Shown piece after piece: positions 28,139-36,241 of a stretch of 64,000 bases of DNA. The stretch is taken from the NCBI GenBank assembly GCA_964476585.1, contig CAYZBF010000002.1, positions 2,354 to 66,353 on the forward strand. Direction: 5' to 3'. Under the pieces are notes generated by a model. The model was not told where the DNA came from and did not search any database. It saw only the letters and a program-made list of their open reading frames with translations. Origin of the DNA: an uncultured bacterium (GTDB lineage Bacteria; Hydrothermota; UBA3072). Within the stretch, counting starts at the first letter, position 1; every line of letters starts with the position of its first letter. Position numbers and translations under genes: made by a program.

Positions 28139-29414
28139 AGAAGCTCATCTTTTTGACCCCAAAAACAATATAGACGAGATTGGCAACATCTACATTGAGA
28201 ATGGCAGAGTAGTAGATGATTCTTCCAGCAAATCTTCAGATATTGAGATTGATGCCAGCAGCCTTCATCTCATACCAGGTCTTGTAGATATCCATTCTCA
28301 CTTTAGGGAACCAGGCAACGAGGATGCTGAGACAATAGAAAGCGGGTCCAGAGCTGCCGTCAAGGGAGGATTCACCTCAGTTTGTGTGATGCCAAACACA
28401 GAGCCCCCTATTGATAATGAGGGTGTGGCAAGATTCATAAAAGAAAAATCCATAAAGAGTAATAAATGTCGCATTTTTCCAATCGGAACTATCACCAAAG
28501 GTAGAGAAGGTAAAGAACTAGCTGAAATGGGACATCTCCATGAGGCAGGCTGTGTAGCTTTCAGTGATGATGGAAACTGTGTCATGGACCCTAACGTGCT
28601 CAGAAGAGCCCTAGAATATTCACTTCTTTTAGATGTCCCAATTATAGAGCACCCCGAAGATATGTCATTATCTAAGGATGGCCAGATAAATGAGGGTGTA
28701 ATATCAACCAGACTCGGATTTAAGGGAATACCCGATATATCCGAGGCCTCCATCGTAGCAAGAGACATACTTCTTGCTAAGTTTACAGGTGGAAAACTTC
28801 ACTTAGCCCATGTGTCGTCGAAGGAGTCAATAGACATTTTAGAATATGGTAAGAATAAGGGGATAAAAGTTACAGCCGAAGTAACACCACATCATCTCCT
28901 TCTAACCGAAGAAGCAGTTTTGAGTTTTGACACCAATACTAAGATGAAACCACCACTTAGAACCAAATCGGATAGAGAAGCCCTTCAGAAAGCATTAAAA
29001 AATGGAATTATAGATGTGGTGGCCACAGACCATGCACCTCATCCTGATTATGCGAAAGAGCTTGAATACTCCCTCGCTCCTTTTGGTGTAATTGGTCTGG
29101 AAACTGCCTTTAGCGTTCTATACACCAAATTAGTTCTCCCGGGCAATCTAAGTTTGAAACAATTAATTCTCAGTATGACTGATAAGCCTGCCAAGATACT
29201 CCGTCTCCCAGTGGGAGAAATAAAGAAGGGAGGGATTGCGGATTTCACCCTAATTGATCTTAATGCCAAGTGGGAGGTAAATCCTGATAATTTTGAATCT
29301 AAATCATCAAATTCTCCTTTCATTGGGTGGAAATTAAAGGGAGTTGTAGATTCAACCATAGTAAATGGTACCGTAACTTTTAGAGGGGGTGAATTCGTAC
29401 AGGAGGGAGAGTGA
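28122..29414 (+). CDS. pyrC: dihydroorotase (amidohydrolase superfamily)
   Basis: VDIHSHFREPG and ATDHAPH metal-binding motifs. Confidence 0.85.
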   Translation: MKIAIKEAHLFDPKNNIDEIGNIYIENGRVVDDSSSKSSDIEIDASSLHLIPGLVDIHSHFREPGNEDAETIESGSRAAVKGGFTSVCVMPNTEPPIDNEGVARFIKEKSIKSNKCRIFPIGTITKGREGKELAEMGHLHEAGCVAFSDDGNCVMDPNVLRRALEYSLLLDVPIIEHPEDMSLSKDGQINEGVISTRLGFKGIPDISEASIVARDILLAKFTGGKLHLAHVSSKESIDILEYGKNKGIKVTAEVTPHHLLLTEEAVLSFDTNTKMKPPLRTKSDREALQKALKNGIIDVVATDHAPHPDYAKELEYSLAPFGVIGLETAFSVLYTKLVLPGNLSLKQLILSMTDKPAKILRLPVGEIKKGGIADFTLIDLNAKWEVNPDNFESKSSNSPFIGWKLKGVVDSTIVNGTVTFRGGEFVQEGE

Positions 29415-31927
29415 CTAATTCATTTGATATATACGATCTTGAGGCAGCTTCCTTACTGGGAAGTAAATTCCTACTATCTTTAGAAGAAGGGGTTGGGAAA
29501 AGAGAAATCTATGAAAAATCCAAACAGACACTTTCTCGTTACTTTGAGTTGAGAGCTTTGGATACAAAAACTCTAGAATTTTTCAGCAGGCATAAAAGCA
29601 AATTTATCGTAGAACTGAATAATAAGGAAAGAGCATACCTGCGAGATATGTTCACACGACTATCAGAGGATAAGGTAAATAGAGAGGATATCCAATTCCT
29701 CAAAACCCTATCAGAAAATGTCATCGACAAGGAAATTCATTATTTCCCCTTACTTTTATCTCTAATACTGAAAACTTACCCCCGGGAATTAACTAAGGGA
29801 ACAAAAGACTCATTTAAGGTAGGTAAAAGGCTATCTAAGTTACTACAGGACATACTGAAGGGTAAAGAACTGGATAACCTCACCAAGGTGTTTCTGAAAG
29901 AACCTATTCCAATCGGCCTTCCACATATTAACACCTCACTAGAAGACTTACACAAATTTCTTACCCCCTATGGTTTTACTCCAGCTCTGTTCTCTAATAT
30001 CCATAGTATACTAATAAAAAACTTTACACAAAGAGAAAGTAGTGATATAGTTTCCCTGCTTAAAAATACAGATATATCGAGTATAGACGATCTGCGCAAC
30101 TTTCCTTTCCATGATTTCTTTAGGCCTGAGGATGAGACACTCGCAAGAATTTCAAGAATAGTTTCTGATAAAGCTTCTAAAGTGAAGCAGATATTAGTCC
30201 AAAAGGATATAGAACTTGACAGAAAGGATTTAAAGGTCCGTGAAGAAACTCACCAGCTCCTGCGGAGAAACGTAGAAAATTTACAATCTCTTATAGATGT
30301 AGCGAAGCGTGACCTTCAGGCAATGTTGAGTAAAACTCAGGAACAATTTACAGCATTGGAGAAAGCCCTGAAACTACATATAAGACATGTTCAAGCTCAT
30401 GAGAACGCTTCCATATCTTTAAAAAAAGCTATTGATGAGAATAAAGCACTACTCAATATAAGTATAGAGGATATAAAGTCATTATTTCCACCTCCTCCTC
30501 TCTGGGATATAGAATGTTTAGTTAAGGAATTCTGGCACGAATTACCTTATATCGAAATCATTGACCCTTCCTGCGAAAAACGAATAATTAAGCTTCTCAA
30601 GAGGGAAGAAAAGATAGCATCTGATAAAAAAGTATTTTTACAACTTTCGAATAGGGAGAAAAGCGGATTCATTCCTGATACAGAAAGAGTAATCTCAAAC
30701 TATTGTAATGTATTTAAAGAAATACTTGAGCCTTTACTCATCCGTGAGGTAATAAATCGTATGATTGAAATCTGGCCGCCCAATGTAGATTTCGAAAATC
30801 CTAAATCAAGAATTATTGCAACCAAAAAGATACACCTTGCAGGACTCAATCTACTACCAAGTGGACATTTTTATAGATTCGGGAGTAGAGGTAAAATAGA
30901 ACCCATTGTTGATAAAAAGCTTCTCAAAAAAAGAGAGCTTATATCAACCGCTCTAAGAAAGCGATTCTCAACCCTTGTTTCGGTGTTAGTCTATGACATT
31001 CGTGGATCAAGCTTTATGGCGCATCGCTTACGGAATGCTAAGAAGGAAAGAGCAATACGCAACAAGTTCCAATCCACCATGCTTGATGCTGCAATGAGAG
31101 GATCATCCTTTATATTAAAGGATACTGGCGATGGAGGAATCTTGTGGTTTGGAGGTAACTCTAAAAAGCACTACAGGAATATGTATAAGTGTCGTGAATG
31201 TAAATCGGGAGGTATCCTTCGTTCCTCCACTGCCTTTGAGGACGAATTCACATTATCCCCCCATCCAAAGAGTGCAGAGATGGCCATTAGAACCGCATTA
31301 AATCTAGTTCAAACTGCAGAGGAATTTGTAAGAGAAAATTATATGAACTACAGGGATTGGTTTGAAGAAATAACAGAGAAAGAAATTTTTCACGATGGAA
31401 TAACTTATGCCTTACTACCCCCAAAGTTCAAATCATTATTCAGACTTGGTATAGGGATAGCAAGCGGACAACCCATCAAGGATATTATATTCTCACCGAA
31501 CGCCTTTGGAGATCCGGATCTTACAGGCATCATCATTGACGAATCTGCTCTGTTTTCATCCGGAAAGAGCCCTGAACGTTCAGTAATATTAATAGACCAC
31601 TGCACACTAATAAATCTGCTTCTCAACTCAGATCAATATTTTTTAACTGAACTTCTAACCAGGGAAGATTCTGACGAGGCAGTTATCAACAAGCTCCTTA
31701 CTATTCTTAAAAGAGAAGAAACTGAACAGGAATTCATATTCGAGGATTTCACTATATCACCAGTGGGGCTCTATTATATCGATCACAAGGATAAAAATAA
31801 GAGGATAGAGTTCAAACTCTGGAAGAATTTAAAATTAGAATTCAATGATAGAGGAGAGTTATCTTGTAAGAGAGGCCGGGTGAAGATACTATATGAGGTC
31901 TCGGGTAAGGAAAAGAATGAAAAATAG
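29411..31927 (+). CDS. large protein with an N-terminal helical region (no homology recognised) and a C-terminal class-III nucleotidyl-cyclase-like (CHD-like) domain
   Basis: GTG start overlapping the pyrC stop (GTGA). VSVLVYDIRGSSF resembles the FxDIxGFT motif, and ILKDTGDGGILWFGG resembles K-x-GD metal-Asp motif 2. Confidence 0.45.
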   Translation: MTNSFDIYDLEAASLLGSKFLLSLEEGVGKREIYEKSKQTLSRYFELRALDTKTLEFFSRHKSKFIVELNNKERAYLRDMFTRLSEDKVNREDIQFLKTLSENVIDKEIHYFPLLLSLILKTYPRELTKGTKDSFKVGKRLSKLLQDILKGKELDNLTKVFLKEPIPIGLPHINTSLEDLHKFLTPYGFTPALFSNIHSILIKNFTQRESSDIVSLLKNTDISSIDDLRNFPFHDFFRPEDETLARISRIVSDKASKVKQILVQKDIELDRKDLKVREETHQLLRRNVENLQSLIDVAKRDLQAMLSKTQEQFTALEKALKLHIRHVQAHENASISLKKAIDENKALLNISIEDIKSLFPPPPLWDIECLVKEFWHELPYIEIIDPSCEKRIIKLLKREEKIASDKKVFLQLSNREKSGFIPDTERVISNYCNVFKEILEPLLIREVINRMIEIWPPNVDFENPKSRIIATKKIHLAGLNLLPSGHFYRFGSRGKIEPIVDKKLLKKRELISTALRKRFSTLVSVLVYDIRGSSFMAHRLRNAKKERAIRNKFQSTMLDAAMRGSSFILKDTGDGGILWFGGNSKKHYRNMYKCRECKSGGILRSSTAFEDEFTLSPHPKSAEMAIRTALNLVQTAEEFVRENYMNYRDWFEEITEKEIFHDGITYALLPPKFKSLFRLGIGIASGQPIKDIIFSPNAFGDPDLTGIIIDESALFSSGKSPERSVILIDHCTLINLLLNSDQYFLTELLTREDSDEAVINKLLTILKREETEQEFIFEDFTISPVGLYYIDHKDKNKRIEFKLWKNLKLEFNDRGELSCKRGRVKILYEVSGKEKNEK

Positions 31928-33464
31928 AATGTACGAATTCGAGGAAACAATAAAAGCAATTAACTCTAAAGAATTAAATATTGGCGAAGTTCTTAGCTTA
32001 ATAATGAAAATCATATCACGCTCGATTAATGCTAAAGCCTGGTCTCTTTTACTGCTGGATGAAAGAAGTAAAGAACTTGTCTTTGAAGAAGTTATTGGAG
32101 AAAAAAGTGAAGAATTAACCGGGAAAAGGATGCCTATGGATAAAGGGATAGTGGGCTGGGCAATAGAAAACGAGAAATCAGTAATTGTCTCGGACCCATA
32201 TAATGATGAGAGATTCTTTAAGGATATTGATAAAGACACAGGCTTTAAGACAGAATGTATTCTGGCAGTTCCTCTAATCAGTAAGGGACGTATTCTTGGA
32301 ATTATTGAGGCAATAAATAAAACAGATGGAACGAGTTTCAATGAGAATGATTTACAATTAGTAAATAATTATGCTGAACATGCAGCTATTGCTCTCGAAA
32401 ATGCAAATCTTGTACAGAGTTTACAAAGCAAAGTGAGATATCTAACACTCATTTCTGATATTAATAAAAATATAACCTCGATACTGGATCTTGAAATGCT
32501 TCTTAAGAAGAGTGCACAATTAATCCAGAAGACATTTGATTACTATTATACCGCTATAGGACTCTTTGAAGATGACAGGATTACACTCAAGGGATTCTCT
32601 TCCTCTGAAAACATTAAACCTGTCCGCACTATTATAAAAAAAGGTGAAGGACTTGTAGGGAAGGTTATAAAGAATAAGGAAAGAATTATAGTACCAGATA
32701 CTGAGAAAGATTCTAATTACTTTGAAGGGATTAAAGGGATAAAAAGCGAAATGGTAATCCCGATTAAAAGAGAGAGCGGTTTCTTAGGAATTATTGATAT
32801 TGGTTCACCGGAGAAATATGTATTCTCAATAGAGGAAGCAAACATCATAAGTGAAGTATCATACCAATTAGCAACTGCTGTGGAGAACGCAAAACTTTAC
32901 CAGGAAATCAGGCTTGCATCAATCACAGATGATATCACAGGTTTATATAATTCAAGGTATTGCAATGAAAAACTCCCTGATATTGTTAACAGATGGCACA
33001 CTGCTGAAAAAGTAGGTTCTTTAATATTCATGGATATTGATCATTTTAAAAATGTTAACGATTCTTACAATCATCTGATTGGAAGCAAATTATTGCATTT
33101 AGTGGGAAGAAGGATAAAGGATATCTTAGATGAAGCTAAAATAGGAATCAGATATGGTGGTGATGAATATATAATTGTTATGGAGGGTCTGGGATTAGAA
33201 GAAGCAATTGCTTTTACTAAAGAAATAAAAAATTTAATTTCGTCAAAGCCATATATAATTAGGGATAATTCTAATAAAATTGAATGTTGGGTTAAAGCCA
33301 GCTTTGGGATAGCGAGTTTCCCAGACGTAACAACTAATTCTCAGGAATTACTCCGTCTTGCCGACCTTGCGATGTACTATGTAAAATCCAATGGAAGGGA
33401 TAATATAGCCTATATGGACAGAAAAGCTGATATTAAGCTACTTAATGAGCAAACAAATTCTTGA
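31893..33464 (+). CDS. GAF-GAF-GGDEF domain protein (GGDEY variant), putative diguanylate cyclase
   Basis: Two GAF-like regions. GGDEF domain with DIDHFKNVND and RYGGDEYIIV. The likely true start is at 31917 or 31929 (MKNRMYEF / MYEF). Confidence 0.8.
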   Translation: MRSRVRKRMKNRMYEFEETIKAINSKELNIGEVLSLIMKIISRSINAKAWSLLLLDERSKELVFEEVIGEKSEELTGKRMPMDKGIVGWAIENEKSVIVSDPYNDERFFKDIDKDTGFKTECILAVPLISKGRILGIIEAINKTDGTSFNENDLQLVNNYAEHAAIALENANLVQSLQSKVRYLTLISDINKNITSILDLEMLLKKSAQLIQKTFDYYYTAIGLFEDDRITLKGFSSSENIKPVRTIIKKGEGLVGKVIKNKERIIVPDTEKDSNYFEGIKGIKSEMVIPIKRESGFLGIIDIGSPEKYVFSIEEANIISEVSYQLATAVENAKLYQEIRLASITDDITGLYNSRYCNEKLPDIVNRWHTAEKVGSLIFMDIDHFKNVNDSYNHLIGSKLLHLVGRRIKDILDEAKIGIRYGGDEYIIVMEGLGLEEAIAFTKEIKNLISSKPYIIRDNSNKIECWVKASFGIASFPDVTTNSQELLRLADLAMYYVKSNGRDNIAYMDRKADIKLLNEQTNS

Positions 33465-35013
33465 AATCTATCCTGACTTAAAATATCCTGTAACACTGGC
33501 AAAGATAGACAATCAATATGCCTCACTGGAAGAAAAAGTCCCCCTCGGTGGAAAGATTGAAATTCTGGATGTCAACAATACAGAGGGTAGAAGAACCTAT
33601 GAAAGAACCCTTGTGTTTCTCCTTGATTATATAGCAAAGAGAAAAGGAGTAACTATTAAGATAGAACATTCTTATGGAGACGCTTTATATTGCAGGTTTT
33701 TGAAGGGTTCATTAAATCTAAATACTACAAAAAAAGAAATAATCGATTTGATCAAGGCAAATAAAAAAATAGAACGCTTAATGTTACCAAAATTAGAGGC
33801 TACACATTTCTTAGAGGAAAGGGAAGACGACCTGAACATTTTAAAACACCTCTCTCGAACTTATATTCCAGTATATAAACTTGACGATTTCGCAGCATAT
33901 TATGCAGGTCCATTATTGCCCAAGACCGGATTCTTATCAATATTTGACCTGATAAAGATTGCGGATGGATTCCTGGTCATCCTTCCAACACAAGAGGATC
34001 CCTCCACTTTAGGCAAAATTGAAGGAGGGGAGCAACTATTTAAAACATATAAAGAAGCAAGGAGGGAAGCGGAGATCCTAAAAGTATGGGATGTAGCACG
34101 TTTGAATGAATATGTCGTCTCTGGTGCAATATCGGAAATAGTAAAGACAGCCGAAGCAATCCACACCGAGAAAATAACGGAGATATGTAAGGAAATATTG
34201 AGTGGTAGAGAAAGAACGAAGATGATACTTATATCGGGTCCTTCATCTTCTGGAAAAACTACATTTTCAAAAAGGTTAGGAGTACATCTCCGCATACACG
34301 GCATTACTCCTCTTTATATATCTCTTGATAATTATTTTCTAGAGAGAAAGAAAACACCATTATACATAGATGGCACTCCCTTTTTTGACACCTTTGAAGC
34401 ACTAGATGTAAAGCTGTTTGGAGAACATATTTCACAGATTCTTTCAGGAAAGGAAGTAAAAGAATTAACCTTCAATTTTAAAAAGGGAAGGAAGGAATGG
34501 TTTGGCAAGACATACAAACTAACGCCTAAAACAATCCCTGTGATTGAAGGAATACATGCTTTTAATCCGGGACTTTTAAAAGATATGGAAATAAGTACTT
34601 TTCTTATCTATGTCAGTGCCCTTACTCAATTAAATATTAATAGGGTGAACCGCATACCTACTCGTGATGTTCGACTTCTCCGTAGAATTTTCAGAGATAC
34701 ACGTTTCAGGGGCCATTCAGCCGATCAGACCCTAAAGCAATGGGCTTCTGTAAAAGAAGGGGAAGAGAAATTTATTTTTCCATATCAGGAAAGAGCAGAT
34801 ATTATGTTTAACTCCTCTCTAGTATATGAACTTGCAGTTTTAAAAAGCTTCCTTGAAACGCCCCTCCGTTGCGTCGACACCACTTCCCCTTATTACTGCG
34901 AAGCACTGCGATTATTGAATTTCCTGGATCATTTTCTCGGTATAAGAGAGGATGAAATTCCCCCAACTTCAATCCTGCGCGAATTTATCGGTGGAAGTAC
35001 CTTTTACTATTGA
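33445..35013 (+). CDS. uridine kinase/phosphoribulokinase-family P-loop nucleoside kinase with a ~230-aa N-terminal extension
   Basis: ISGPSSSGKTTFSKRL Walker A; Udk-like core over residues ~250-480. Overlaps the upstream gene by 20 nt. Confidence 0.65.
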   Translation: MSKQILEIYPDLKYPVTLAKIDNQYASLEEKVPLGGKIEILDVNNTEGRRTYERTLVFLLDYIAKRKGVTIKIEHSYGDALYCRFLKGSLNLNTTKKEIIDLIKANKKIERLMLPKLEATHFLEEREDDLNILKHLSRTYIPVYKLDDFAAYYAGPLLPKTGFLSIFDLIKIADGFLVILPTQEDPSTLGKIEGGEQLFKTYKEARREAEILKVWDVARLNEYVVSGAISEIVKTAEAIHTEKITEICKEILSGRERTKMILISGPSSSGKTTFSKRLGVHLRIHGITPLYISLDNYFLERKKTPLYIDGTPFFDTFEALDVKLFGEHISQILSGKEVKELTFNFKKGRKEWFGKTYKLTPKTIPVIEGIHAFNPGLLKDMEISTFLIYVSALTQLNINRVNRIPTRDVRLLRRIFRDTRFRGHSADQTLKQWASVKEGEEKFIFPYQERADIMFNSSLVYELAVLKSFLETPLRCVDTTSPYYCEALRLLNFLDHFLGIREDEIPPTSILREFIGGSTFYY

Positions 35014-35131
35014 TTTTAGATAATTTGAGAGTTCAATTCAAGCATCACAGAGTCTAAAATAAACCATAATTTTCACTTTTTACTATTGCTTTGCTTTAAT
35101 TAAAGTCTGAATATCAGTTACTTAGATATCA

Positions 35132-36085
35132 TTGAGTCTTGACTTATCCTCTTATATTCATATAATCTATTGCATGATGAGGATTTTAAGAATTTCACTT
35201 AGCTTTTTCATACCATTTTTCTTATTCTCACAAGAGCTGGGTTGGAAGAAGGGAGACATTGCTATTGTTCAGTGGGAAAAAACGCCTTTCCAGGACGGAA
35301 TAAGAGACAGCATAATAGATGTGCTACCTGTAGAGATTGACGAATATCAATTAAAAGGAAAGGTGGAAAAAATATATGGGATCTTTGGCAATATATCTAA
35401 AAAGAATTACCGTCTGGTTGTAATGATTGGAGCCCAGATTGTCACACCAATCCTGCAATATCTACCTGAAACTCCGATAATCATCATAGGTGCATCAATA
35501 GATCTTGATAGGATCCATAAAAAATTCCATAACATTACAGGTATATATTCCTTTACCTCACCAACGGTCCAGCTTTACAATATATTGCAACTGGTAAAGG
35601 ACGTTAAGAAGATAGGGGTAATATACAATCCCCTACACTCAAGTGTAGAAGTAGGAATGCTTGAGAGGGCAATCACTGATACTACCATTAGTCTTATTAA
35701 GAATGGGGTTTCCAATTCAAATGAGATAGCAACAGCATTACATTTTATTAAGGATATTGATCTCTTATGGATACCGACTGATCCTATATATAGAGATAGG
35801 AAAGCAATCAAGAATATGATGGACTATTCCTTAAAAAACAATATCCCGGTATTTTCACCATCAATTGAGTTTGTTCGGAAGGGAGCACTTGCTTCCCAGT
35901 TACCTTCAGACGTTTCACTTGAAATCTTATCCATCATTTCATCTTTAGAAAAAGGCAAAAACATACAAGAAGTACATCCACGATTTCCTTCAGAGAGTCT
36001 TATTCTAAACAAAAAGACGGCTGAGCTTTTAGGTATAGAGATACCTGAGAGACTCCTATTAACTGCTGAAGAAGTGTATGAGTAA
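35132..36085 (+). CDS. orphan periplasmic binding protein of the ABC_sub_bind (PF04392-like) family
   Basis: Signal peptide, then KKIGVIYNP...IDLLWIPTDP...NIPVFSPSIEFVRKGALAS, as is typical of this sensor-associated SBP family. No permease or ATPase gene is adjacent. Confidence 0.6.
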   Translation: MSLDLSSYIHIIYCMMRILRISLSFFIPFFLFSQELGWKKGDIAIVQWEKTPFQDGIRDSIIDVLPVEIDEYQLKGKVEKIYGIFGNISKKNYRLVVMIGAQIVTPILQYLPETPIIIIGASIDLDRIHKKFHNITGIYSFTSPTVQLYNILQLVKDVKKIGVIYNPLHSSVEVGMLERAITDTTISLIKNGVSNSNEIATALHFIKDIDLLWIPTDPIYRDRKAIKNMMDYSLKNNIPVFSPSIEFVRKGALASQLPSDVSLEILSIISSLEKGKNIQEVHPRFPSESLILNKKTAELLGIEIPERLLLTAEEVYE

Positions 36086-36241
36086 ATGAATTGATGGTTT
36101 GTAAGTAAATGAGTATAAGGGTCAAAGGTTAGAAAGTTGTAATTTTTAAGTTGGATTTGGGTTATTGGGTTTCAGGTCTTGAGAGTTTTGAGGATGGGAA
36201 ATGAAGAGAGGAAATCGAATTTCCTTAAAAGGAGGCTCTAA

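Noticed and set aside
28298-28768. 156-aa antisense ORF inside pyrC (similar antisense ORFs lie inside dnaK at 61028-61510 and 60698-61000, inside the cyclase-like gene, inside the C25 peptidase gene, and elsewhere)
   Set aside because: They are Ser/Pro/Leu-rich translations of the antisense strand of well-supported genes. This is typical of spurious ORFs in AT-rich coding DNA.
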